Positions 1 through 11,044 of a stretch of DNA of 64,000 nt are shown here, piece by piece. The stretch is from contig NC_068981.1 in NCBI RefSeq assembly GCF_001194135.2, forward strand, positions 199,435,903-199,499,902. The letters are read 5' to 3'. Made by a program: the position numbers and the translations under genes. The notes beneath the pieces were generated by a model. That model was given only the letters and a program-made list of their open reading frames with translations. It ran no database searches and was not told the DNA's origin. Numbering within the stretch: position 1 is the stretch's first letter; each line of letters opens with the position of its first letter. Origin of the DNA: Octopus bimaculoides. Taxonomy: Eukaryota.

Positions 1-1156
1 TGAAGCCAGAGCTGTGAAATCTTCAGCTCTTCTTATTAATAACTGCATTGGTTCTTTCCAAATAAATTTACTTCTGTCTATCCAAAGAAGATTGCAAAAA
101 TAATTAGTAGCAACTTCTCTTGAAAATTAACCAAATTTGGTATCTTGTTGTTATCAAGGACCCGCAGAAAAAGAGTTTAGTCCCTAAGGACATTCATGCT
201 GACATGGCTGTTACATTAGGGGATGATGATCCAGTGCAAAAGTGGGCAGCTAAATTAAGGAGGGAAAGGGAGAGTCTTGAAGATTATCCAATGTTTGGAC
301 ATCTTGTAACTACCCCCACCATCAAGGAAAACATTGATTGCATTCATCTCATGTTATAATGGATGACAAGCGATCGACTATAAATCAAAGAACCAATGCT
401 ATTAGCATATCCCATGAGAGTGCTGAGAATATTCTGCACAATAAACTTGGCATGATGAAGGTGCTTGGCAGGTGCTACGACTTCTGATCAAAAGTGCACC
501 AGGCTAATCGCATCATGGGAAAATCTGACATAGTTTCACGTAGATTCAGTTGGTTTCCTCAAACATTTCCTGATTCAGGATGAGTATTGGATTCACCACT
601 TTTAGCCAGAGATAAAAAGATAGTCCATGCAGTGGAAACACCCAGCCTCACCTGCACCAAAGAAAGCCAAGGTTGCTTCATCTGCAGGGAAAGTGATGAC
701 CTCAGTTTTGATGGATGCAAAAGGTATTGTGTTTATTGTCTATCTTCAAAAGGGCCACATCATCAGTGGAGAATATTATGCCAGGAAAACTGACAAAATG
801 GGTCTTGTTTCATCAGGACAATGTTCCAGCACGGAAGTCTTTGCTTTCAATGGCTACTATGCATGACTGTAGCGTTGAACTGAGGTTGATCTCTCTCTCT
901 ATTCTCCTGATTTGGCCCCATCTAACTATCATTTGTTCCCCAAAATGAGAAACCACTTGACTGGGAACCAGTGTTACAATGATGATGGCATCATATCTAC
1001 TGTTGATGGCTTTTTTTGACCAACAGGATGAAAGCTTCCTTACCATTAGCATCCAAGCAGGGAAACCCTAGTGTCTGGTCTGAAAGGGGGTCAATGTTGA
1101 AAGATAAACCACATTTGGTCATATTCCATCAGAGTATCTTGATCTGCCCATGAACT
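1..1156 (+). mobile_element. Degenerate mariner (DD34D-type) transposon
   Basis: Broken frames give the HTH region (VQKWAAKLRRERESLEDYP), QWKHPASPAPKKAKVASSAGKVMTSV and LFHQDNVPA, followed by a decayed YSPDLAP-type motif. Multiple stops and frameshifts. Confidence 0.9.
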
Positions 1157-1194
1157 TTTCAGCCAACTGATTGCATTATTTTCTATAGAAGTAA

Positions 1195-1430
1195 TATTGT
1201 CTGATGGCATTGTTGTCTGATGGCATTGCTGTCTGATGGTAACATTGTCTGATGGTAGCGTTGTCTGATGGTTGTGATGTGTGTTGATACTATTATCTGA
1301 TGGCATTGTGTTATGATAATGTTGTGTAATGGTTATGCTGTTTGATGGTAGTATTGTCTGATGGCAATGTTGTCTGATGGTAATGTTGTCTGATGGTACT
1401 GTCTATGAGGATATTGCTGTCTGATGTTAC
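1195..1430. repeat. Degenerate ~15-bp minisatellite (TTGTCTGATGG core)
   Basis: TGTCTGATGG recurs about 10 times at ~15-bp spacing. Confidence 0.85.
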
Positions 1431-2134
1431 TTTTAATCAATTGTGTCAACCTTTAACATTTACAATCCATTTAGACAAATCAGTATTGGGAAAAATACAT
1501 TTCAGCATTCCTTTTATCTCTTTTCATTTTGAGTTCGAATCCCTCCAAGGTTCATTTGAATGTTATAAAATACAGTGAAGTTGATGGCATTCTTCACTTG
1601 TATCAAAATTGGAAAGAATATTTTGAATAAAATTTCACAGCAAATATAGTGTTTCAGTAAATGATTTTGTCAATAGTTCACTGTATAACATATTTCTGAC
1701 TCTCAAAATGATTAACTAAATATAGAGTTTGATTTAAAGAACAAAATGCATTGATATCAATTTTGCCATTAAATGTATGAATTAAGGAAATCGGTCAGCT
1801 ATTTAGTATTAGAATAAAAAATTAAATTTATCAATGATGTCATCGTATACATAAAGGTCCTTTTGGTCTTCCTCTCTCTATATTTAATATTTCTCCCAAG
1901 TGTAAAATTCTCTCTGTTTACAGTTTGGTACTCTCCCCCGCTCTGTAGCTCATTTATGTTTCTGGCTTAGTTATCACTATTTGAGTATCTGAGCTGTTTG
2001 TTTGTCATGGATAGATTCTGAGCCATAAACATTGCTCAGTTCTTTCAGGGAGAGTTTAAATGACCACGCTGACCATCCTACTCAATTTAACCTCAAACAA
2101 ACTAAGTGAACCTTTATTGTTCTTTTAATTTTTT

Positions 2135-2307
2135 TATTTGTTTCAGTCATTTGACTATGGCCATGCTGGAGTACCACCTTTTAGTTGAAGAAATCAACCC
2201 CAGGACTTATTCTTTGTAAATCTGGTGCTTATTCTATTGGGATCTTCTGCAGAACCACTAAGTTAGGGGGGATGTAAGCATACTTACATCAGTTATCAAG
2301 CAATGGT
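2135..2307 (-). mobile_element. SINE body fragment (abundant family), cut by an N gap
   Basis: Similar to the copies at 15520-15720, 16005-16195 and 54315-54490. Confidence 0.7.
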
Positions 2308-3005
2308 NNNNNNNNNNNNNNNNNNNNNNNNNNNNNNNNNNNNNNNNNNNNNNNNNNNNNNNNNNNNNNNNNNNNNNNNNNNNNNNNNNNNNNNNNNNNN
2401 NNNNNNNNNNNNNNNNNNNNNNNNNNNNNNNNNNNNNNNNNNNNNNNNNNNNNNNNNNNNNNNNNNNNNNNNNNNNNNNNNNNNNNNNNNNNNNNNNNNN
2501 NNNNNNNNNNNNNNNNNNNNNNNNNNNNNNNNNNNNNNNNNNNNNNNNNNNNNNNNNNNNNNNNNNNNNNNNNNNNNNNNNNNNNNNNNNNNNNNNNNNN
2601 NNNNNNNNNNNNNNNNNNNNNNNNNNNNNNNNNNNNNNNNNNNNNNNNNNNNNNNNNNNNNNNNNNNNNNNNNNNNNNNNNNNNNNNNNNNNNNNNNNNN
2701 NNNNNNNNNNNNNNNNNNNNNNNNNNNNNNNNNNNNNNNNNNNNNNNNNNNNNNNNNNNNNNNNNNNNNNNNNNNNNNNNNNNNNNNNNNNNNNNNNNNN
2801 NNNNNNNNNNNNNNNNNNNNNNNNNNNNNNNNNNNNNNNNNNNNNNNNNNNNNNNNNNNNNNNNNNNNNNNNNNNNNNNNNNNNNNNNNNNNNNNNNNNN
2901 NNNNNNNNNNNNNNNNNNNNNNNNNNNNNNNNNNNNNNNNNNNNNNNNNNNNNNNNNNNNNNNNNNNNNNNNNNNNNNNNNNNNNNNNNNNNNNNNNNNN
3001 NNNNN
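2308..3005. other. Assembly gap (other gaps: 13774-14066, 34024-34150, 53710-53719, 54491-55227)
   Basis: Runs of N. Confidence 1.
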
Positions 3006-3190
3006 CGTAAAAGCACCCATTACACTCTCTGAGTGGTTGGCGTTAGGAAGGGCATCCAGCTGTAGAAACTCTGCCAAATCAGATTGGAGCCTGGTGTTGC
3101 CATCCGGTTTCACCAGTCCTCAGTCAAATCGTCCAACCCATGCTAGCATGTAAAGCGGACGTTAAACGATGATGATGATGATGATGATAT
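3006..3190 (+). mobile_element. RTE LINE 3' tail ending in (GAT)n
   Basis: GAGTGGTTGGCGTTAGGAAGGGCATCCAGCTGTAG...GGACGTTAAACGATGATG; the same tail follows the RTE ORF ends at 30660-31350 and 51120-52545. Confidence 0.85.
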
Positions 3191-3199
3191 ATGTATATG

Positions 3200-3350
3200 A
3201 CGTGCTTCTTTCAGTTTCCATCTACCAAATCCATTCACAAAGCTTTGGTCAGCTTGAGGCTATAGTAGAAGACACTTGCCCAAAGTGCCATACAGTGGGA
3301 CTGAACCTGGAAACATGTGGTCGGCAAGCAAGCTTCTTACCACACAGATG
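3200..3350 (-). mobile_element. tRNA-derived SINE with CORE-like segment
   Basis: Reverse complement contains GGTTCAGTCCCACTG and (C/T)TTGGGCAAGTGTCTTCTACTATAG, as at 5872 and 15378. Confidence 0.7.
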
Positions 3351-3645
3351 TGCTTACAATTGGACAATTCATCTTATAAAACCAGCCCCACCACACACAC
3401 ACACACTGACATACAATTGAAGCAAGCATTGTTTTATCAAAAACCATTTTGCAGTATTCAACAAAACACCTATAACTATGATGTTTTGCATTTTTCTTTC
3501 ATTTGTTTTGCTATTCTTATTTTCCTGAACTTTTTTTCTGTATTTCCTGTTTTCATTTTTCATTTTCCTGATCATTGTTGTTTTTAAAATTCCTATTGCT
3601 GTTTCTGTTATTGTTACATTGTTTTATGTATTTGTCTTCAATAAG

Positions 3646-3697
3646 AGAAATTTGGTTGTTGTATTGGGAGGTTATGGGCAAAAACAAACACCTAGTG
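3646..3697 (+). CDS. Weak candidate exon (RNLVVVLGGYGQKQTPS, phase 0 to 1)
   Basis: ttcaataag| acceptor and weak |gtcaag donor; phase fits the 4621 exon. Confidence 0.25.
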
Positions 3698-3944
3698 GTC
3701 AAGTTAAATAAGTGACAAAAGTCTTACTAATCATTTCTCTCCAATAAAATATCAATAATTGCTCTTCTCAAGACTGGAAGCGTCAGGAAAATTGTTAATA
3801 TGTAATTCTATATATTATAAATTCAGTGTTCTTCATGATAAAAGATTAGCAGAATGCTAATCTCGTTGTTAATATGGTGAAACAATGAAGCAGTGGATGA
3901 TGTTATAATGTCAACAATGAGATAAGATAAAAAAGCAACAAAAT

Positions 3945-4106
3945 CATCATCATCATCGTTTAACGTCCGCTTTCCATGCTAGCATGGGTTGGACGCTTTG
4001 ACTGAGGACTGGTGAAACCAGATGGCTAGACCAGGCTCCAATCTGATTTGGCAGAGTTTCTACAGCTGGATTCCCTTCCTAACGCCAACCACTCCAAGAG
4101 TGTAGT
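3945..4106 (-). mobile_element. RTE LINE 3' tail
   Basis: Reverse complement of the 3006-3190 tail, >90% similar by eye. Confidence 0.85.
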
Positions 4107-4620
4107 AAAATGACTCATTAAAAAGATTCTGGGATATTTGTTACTTTCTATTAAATGCTGAAGATTTAGTTTCATATATTTCTGGATTTGAAAGGGTTAA
4201 GATTTACCTATAACTATCAATCTAATACTTCCTCTCTTTTAAAAAGGACTAGATTGTCTTCTGCTTCCCCTATCATCATTTACCAATATTTCAATGGAAT
4301 ATGATGATGTTCTTTTAGTTTTATTGAATTTGTTAGTTCAATATTCATACAAGTTTATAATTCTCACTGGCTTAGATATCATCCGTCATTCTAATAGAAC
4401 TAAATATATTCTTCAAGACTTATAAACAGCTTTGAAATGATAACAGTGTATTACTTTTTCTTCAACAACTCAAAAAAGGAAGAAATAATAATTTCATGAG
4501 AATTTACTGAAAAATAACAATGACATTTGTGAAACATCGTATTTCATTTCTTATCCACAAAATAAATTGTTTGCAAACACAAAATGTCTCCAATCCTTCC
4601 TCCCTTTATTGTTTCATTAG

Positions 4621-4646
4621 AAACAAAAAAGAAAATTGAAAATCTC
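4621..4646 (+). CDS. Candidate 26-nt micro-exon (ETKKKIENL) of an unidentified gene
   Basis: Pyrimidine tract ccttcctccctttattgtttcattag| and consensus |gtaagt donor; open in phase 1 to 0. Confidence 0.55.
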
Positions 4647-4912
4647 GTAAGTATTTTACCAATTTCTTTATTTGTAATATTTAACCTAAATATCAAACAA
4701 TTATTTAAATAAAATTTAACAAAGAAAACATTAACAAAAACTAAATAAACTATGAAGGAAGATAAAACAGGTCAGACACAGCTAAAGAAATGAATAAAAA
4801 CAGAAAAAAAAATCACTTCTGAATATAAAAAAAGAAAACTATTAAATGAATATTTCTGGCACAATTCAACATTTACAGATGTTTAAGATGCTTTCATAAT
4901 AACAACAATAAC

Positions 4913-4948
<36 letters not shown>

Positions 4949-5313
4949 GACTATCATTATTGTTGTTGTTTTCATTATTATTAGTATCATCATCATCAAC
5001 ATTATCATTATTATTATCATTATCAATGTGTTTTGCATTCAGATGGTGTCCATTTGTTTGTTTTTTTGTGGGGTTAGAGGTTGAGGGTGAACGACTATCC
5101 TTTTTATTTTCTTCCCTCAAAACCCAGATTTTTCTTTAGCTTCAACTTCAAACAATTTCAGTTTTGATGTTTTCCATTTTCATTTCAATTGATTCTTTCA
5201 ATTCTATGTTTCCATAATATGTTGTTGTTGCTGTTGTTGTTGTGCTTATTGTTGTTGTTGTTTCCTATCTATGCACTCTTCAATTTTTTTCCCATTTCCT
5301 TCAAGTCTGTTAG

Positions 5314-5360
5314 ATGTTTAACAAAGAACAGCACATTTGTGATCGCTTGGTCTCAAATTT
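5314..5360 (+). CDS. Candidate 47-nt exon (MFNKEQHICDRLVSN)
   Basis: tttttttcccatttccttcaagtctgttag| and |gtatgt; phase 0 start matches the 4621 exon. Confidence 0.5.
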
Positions 5361-5871
5361 GTATGTTTGTGTGAGTATTTGTGTCTCAGAAGATGTGTGT
5401 GTGTGTGTGTGTGCACATGTGTGTGTGTGTACATGTGTGTGTGTGCACATGTGTGTGTGTGCACATGTGTGTGTGTGTGCACATGTGTGTGCACCTGTTT
5501 GTGTGTATGTGAGAATATGTGTTTATGCTCATGTGTCTGTGTAAGTTTTTGTTATGATAAAAATTTCCCATCTTTTACATTAATACCAGCTTTTTACATG
5601 CAGAAAGAGACTTGACTATTAGGAAAGCTATCCTATGCTATTAAATGCATCTATAATATTTATATACGAACAGGTTGACTAAATTCCTCATGTTACTAAA
5701 AGTTTTGTGGATGTGGAAAACTGTCCGTATCATCAAATATTTGGAAGTAAAGGAGATGAATGTTGTTTCACATGCACAAAAGTTTAAGGGACATGAACAA
5801 CTAACTAGGCCAATCTGTCATTCAACTCCAATCATATGTATTGAGTGCTACTTCTATTTTTTTGTTTGTTA

Positions 5872-6235
5872 ATTTTGCTTCCCAACCACATGGTTCCAGG
5901 TTCAGTCTCATTTCACAACACCTTGGACAAATGACTTCTATTATACCCTTGTGTCAACCAAAACCTTGTGAGCGGATTTAGCAGGTGAAAACTGAAAGAA
6001 GCCCATCATATACACAGTTATGTGTGTGTTTATTTGCATCTCTGTTTGTCCTCCACCACTGCTTGACTGCTGGTGTTGGTGAGTTTACATTCCTACAACT
6101 TAGCAGTTCATCAAAAGAGATCAATAGAATACGTATCAGGATTAAAAACTATAAGTAATAGGGTCGATTTGCTTGGCTGAAATCCTTCAAGGCAGTGCCC
6201 CAGCATGGCCACAGTCTGAAACTGGTAAGAGATAT
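5872..6235 (+). mobile_element. Composite tRNA-derived SINE (CORE-like head, TG spacer, conserved body)
   Basis: CCCAACCACATGGTTCCAGGTTCAGTC...CCTTGGACAAATGACTTCTA followed by the body ...CCCCAGCATGGCCACAGTC. Confidence 0.75.
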
Positions 6236-6756
6236 AGTGGAACATTATGGTAAACACCATAATGGCCATGTAGTTCTTCCATAAGCTTCATTGTTTGTAA
6301 TTATTTGGAAATCAACCCTGGAAGTGCCAAGAACACTTCGATGCCTCACTGCACTGGATTGAACATCCATTGCTCATTTCCGAATAAGCACAATGGTGAA
6401 ACATACCAAGCAACTTAAATCCATAGTGGTGTTTATCTTAATTTTACCTTAACTAGTACAGTAACCAACCAACCACAATACTGGCACTCACACTCATATT
6501 ACACTAGAAGTCGTACATCTAACTTTATTCTCATTCCAGTTTTTGAACCAACCTTCTTCACATCTTTTCTTATTTTCTCACTGTCCAGCGTCTTTGCTCT
6601 TTAAAATATATATAACACACCAACAGAGTTTGAAAGACTGCTTGCAGATACATGGCATATTTTATAAATATGTCTCTTCAAGTATCATAAAAGCATGAAA
6701 CTATTATTAGTTTTTTTGGTTGTGTATCAAATTGATATATGTATATATACAAATAA

Positions 6757-6832
<76 letters not shown>

Positions 6833-6879
6833 AGTGAGAATGAGTGCTCAACACTACATTGGTGTATAAATATTGGGGC

Positions 6880-7060
6880 TAACAAGGCTATCAATGGTTT
6901 CATGCAGCAGGAATTCTCTTACTAATTATCAAGCCTGCTACATAAGAATGTCAGTATTCATCTCCTTCCATGATGAAGACGAGTACTAATGACCCCATGT
7001 GGCAGACTTGATAATTGTTGAGAGAATTCTGACTGCATGAAACCATTGGTAGCCTTGTTA
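6880..7060. mobile_element. TA-flanked hairpin element (MITE-like) with ~64-bp inverted arms
   Basis: 6880-6943 is the near reverse complement of 6997-7060, with TA at both outer ends. Confidence 0.7.
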
Positions 7061-8119
7061 ACCTGCAAATAAAGTGTGTGTATATATCTATTCATATATA
7101 TATATTTAGATATATACACAAATATATATAAGTTAAAATCATAATGAATGCACAAGCAAACAGGAAACAGACACAGAAGTTCACCAACTCTAGACCAGTC
7201 TTGAATTATATTTAGTTCACATTTGCATTGTTAATACAAATGTGGAATGAATATAATTGAAGATGAGTCAATTAGTGGATGGACAAGGGACAGGGACAAA
7301 AGCAAACAAGATGACCATAGGCATACAAAGGAACTGAAATAAACAAACAAACAAAATGAGGCTTTAGGGCCAGACAGGAGATGAAAATAGTCAATGCTGG
7401 GAGAATATCCTAAAGGATTGACAGAGAGACATTGCAAGGTGAATAGAGTGTGAGATGAGAGAAAATACTTTATACACATATACATATGTACATTTGCATT
7501 TATAAATACACACAGACATACACATGCTTGTGCACACACACACTCACACACACATGAATATATTTTTATTAACAGAGAATAAAAGTAGTTTTTGAAAGGC
7601 TTTCACTCATCAAATAAATTGAATGTCTTAGACATTGTTATTGTTATCACTTGGTTGCTACACATAAATTCAGAAACATAGACACAAGAGGTGGTAAATG
7701 GGGCATGGATTGCATACACCTGTGCACAAATGAACAAGTAAATAATAAATAATAAATGTATAGGACACACACACGCATGCACACACGCACACGCACACAC
7801 GCACACACGCACGCGCACGCAAATCATTTTTGAGTCTGTTCAAACAATATTTAGGCCATTTAGAATAAGAATTGAAATATCAGGACTCAGTGAAAATGCG
7901 TTCAATTATGACAGGGAGGTCAGCAAAAGAGTATTTTGTTCTGTGCAAAGACACAGTGGAGATTGATTGCCAAAAGAAGTGGGAGGGAAGGGGTTAAATA
8001 GCTGAGGTTGAATGAGTAGTGATAGCAGTGTGAATTTGAGAGGGACTGGGGTAGAGGGGCGTATGATGCAAAAATTAGGGGAGAAGAATAAAGAGATGAA
8101 ATGGGGGTGATGTTGAGGA

Positions 8120-8325
8120 AGATGAGGACTGGGGATGTTTCATTAATGAGGACATATTCTGGTACTTGTCTGAATGTTGGGTCCTTCGGGTACTTGGATG
8201 TCGAGTTGACCCAGTGTGCCTCAACGTTGGTCTTTGGCATGTTGGTAGAGTATGAAGGATTGTCTTTTGTCGTCATATTGTCTCAGATGTTCATTTAGTC
8301 TCTCTGCAATGCTCCTGGATGTTTC
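8120..8325 (-). mobile_element. Penelope-like GIY-YIG endonuclease remnant
   Basis: ETSRSIAERLNEHLRQYDDKRQSFILYQH, then after a frameshift KYPKDPTFRQVPEYVLINETSPV; matches the ETxRxLxxRLxEH and RxxxExxxI motifs. Confidence 0.7.
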
Positions 8326-8327
8326 AT

Positions 8328-8630
8328 CATCATCATCATCATCGTTTAACGTCCGTTTTCCACGCTGGCATGGGTTGGATGGTTTGATTGAGGACTGGCA
8401 AGCCAGAAGGCTGCACCAGGCTCCAATCTGATCTGGCAAGGTTTCTACAGTTGGATGCCTTTCCTAACACCAACCACTCCAAGAATGTAGTGGGTGCTTT
8501 TTACATGCCACTGGCACAGGAGCCAGTCAGGTGGAACTGGCATCGACCACGTTCAGATGGTGCTTTTTATGTGCCACTGGTATGGGGGCCAGTCACACGG
8601 CACTGGCATCGATCCATGCTGGAAAGGTGC
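8328..8630 (-). mobile_element. RTE LINE 3' UTR and tail with internal tandem units
   Basis: Conserved tail plus GGTGCTTTTTAYRTGCCA units. Confidence 0.85.
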
Positions 8631-10137
8631 TGAATATGTCCCCCTGAATCTTTGATATAAATGAACAGTGAGTGAGAGAAATGAAGAACAATCATTTTTG
8701 AGAGGAGTCCCTTGTGATATTTCTTCTGCATTATGTTACTAAAATGCTCCCTTCTTACTCTTACCAAAAACACAGTAAACAAATAAACCCAGTCGTGCAT
8801 CCAACAGCTCTGATGTTCACAAATTGCAATATAATAGATAAGAATATTCTATATTTCTGGATTTTTGCTGTGTATCTGCATCACCAAATATCATATTTGT
8901 GTAGAATTATTATAATCACTTCATAATCCATTGCCTGAGGCTTCAATATCTACAGCCGACGCAGTATTTTTGGTGAGAAAGCAAAGTAAATCTTCAACCT
9001 ATTTAGAATTGTTCTCCAAACTCAACAAAATGAAGGAAATATATTAGACTCCAATAAATTTTATTTTTCTCTCACTACATATTTGTTTCCCCTTGAAGTA
9101 ATTAATATTCTAGGCTTTAAATATGTAGTCTACCATTTAAAATTATTTATCTATGTGGTTGGTGTGTTGTAATTATTAAAAGAGAACTGCTTGGTTTGTT
9201 TTGTAGGTCAGCAACATGGCATTTAATTGCGATTCTTCCAATACCATTAATCTTCTTGATCACAACTAAACTGTTTAAGACTTCCAACAAGATTACAATG
9301 GAACCACAATTTATTTTTCATTCGATATTGCCTGTCATTCCTCTAACTCTACAGAGATTCATTGAAACTTTTGCTTTCCAAATATATTCAGTTGTTTGCC
9401 ACAGAAAGTCTTACCATTTGAATATAATTCCATTTACCACACATGAAAATCAGTGAATATAAGAAATACTATATATTGAACATATTTATAAATAATTATT
9501 TTTAGAGCCAATAAACAGCTCAATGCTCATTAAATTTTAATCATCTGCCAGGTCAAAATACTGTGTGAAACTTTGGTATTGTATTATCTCAATTGGTAAT
9601 CTGCCAATTATGTTGGATACCATCCAAAAATATTCTCTTTGATTTACAAATAATTTTCTTCAAACCTGCTATTTTCCATCAGTGAAAACCAATCAGTGAT
9701 CAGGATTCATTATTTTCAAAGATTTTTATATACACTTCCTGTATAAATATTTGAGATACATACTTTGATTTTATACATACTTTTCATAAACATCTTTTAT
9801 GCATGGTTTATCCACCTTTTTATATGCATCTTTTAAATACCCGTATGTATGTATCTTTTATACATACATCTATACACTTTTTATAACAAAAGAAAAACAT
9901 TTTTGCTTAAACTATTTTATGAACAAAAAACACCAACAAAATACAAGAGAAAAATCTATATTTCTACTTAAAACACTCTAAAATCAAACGTTCCAGGGAA
10001 CCAAATAAATATTTCCTGTTTTAAATCACAATCACAGCATTTATTAGTTGCTTCTCTGGTTTAACATGAGAAACTCAGAAAGGAATATAAAGAAAATTTG
10101 GTTACAATGATTTCCTTTTCTCTCCTTTTCTTTATAG

Positions 10138-10209
10138 AACACCATGAGGAAGAGCCAGGACTCTTAGCAAAAGAACTATGTCAGCAAATTCCTTTATCAA
10201 AGAGAAATG
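10138..10209 (+). CDS. Candidate 72-nt exon (EHHEEEPGLLAKELCQQIPLSKRN, phase 1 to 1)
   Basis: Strong tract tttccttttctctccttttctttatag| and G|gtaaac donor; only one frame open. Confidence 0.6.
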
Positions 10210-10269
10210 GTAAACCAAAGAATCAATGTAATATTGACACAAACCCAATAATTACAGGGTGTAGCGAAT

Positions 10270-10640
10270 TATCATCATTGTTGTCGTTTAACGTCCGCTT
10301 TCCATGCTGGCATGGGTTGGACGGTTTGACTGAGGACTGGCAAGCCAGGAAGCTGCATTAGGCTCCACTCTGATCTGGCAAGGTTTCTACAGCTGGATGC
10401 CCTTCCTAACGCCAGCCACTCCGAGAGTGTTGTGGGTGCTTTTTACATGCCACTGCTACAGGGGCCAGTCAGGTGATACTGGCATCAGCCACGCTTGAAT
10501 GGTGCTTTTTACGTGCCAGTGGCACATGAGCCAGTAAGGCAGCATTGGCATCAGCCATGCTCATATGATGCTTTTTATGTGCCACCAGCATGGGAGCCAC
10601 TCCAGCAGCACTGGCATCGGCCACACTCAAGTGGTGCTTT
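10270..10640 (-). mobile_element. RTE LINE 3' UTR and tail with about four internal units
   Basis: Same family as 8328-8630. Confidence 0.85.
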
Positions 10641-10660
10641 ATATTTACTCTTCTTGATAG

Positions 10661-10677
10661 TCAACAGTGAAGACACG
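10661..10677 (+). CDS. Candidate 17-nt micro-exon (VNSEDT)
   Basis: ttactcttcttgatag| and |gtgagc; phase 1 start matches the 10138 exon. Confidence 0.4.
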
Positions 10678-11044
10678 GTGAGCACCAGTTCAAATCTAGT
10701 TGGTACATGAAAAAGAAAAAAACAGTGAAATATGAACTAGATGAAGACAATGTTACTGTAGACCCTAAGTTCATTAGCAACAAAATGAGCGGGAAAATGT
10801 ATGGGGTTGAGTTTTCTGTCACACTCGATAGTTATTGGAATGGCAAAGACAATATGTGTAGAGAGGGGCTACAATTCATGATTATTGTTTATGTTATTGA
10901 TCTCAGGAGGAAGACCCTATCTGGATGTGAACTAGTAATGTAAAGGGTCCCAAATCATTCCTGATCCAGTACATACATATAAGCAAAGCTGTTTCATGCA
11001 TGACCATCCCATCTTCTTGTTTCAAACTTATTTAGGACTTCAAT

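Noticed and set aside
2258-3113. Long ORFs in the track (also 13629-14101, 33957-34398, 54422-55394)
   Set aside because: They are open only because they run through N gaps.
3646-3697. Kelch assignment from LVVVLGGYG
   Set aside because: Only a short motif; no further kelch repeats among the other exon candidates.
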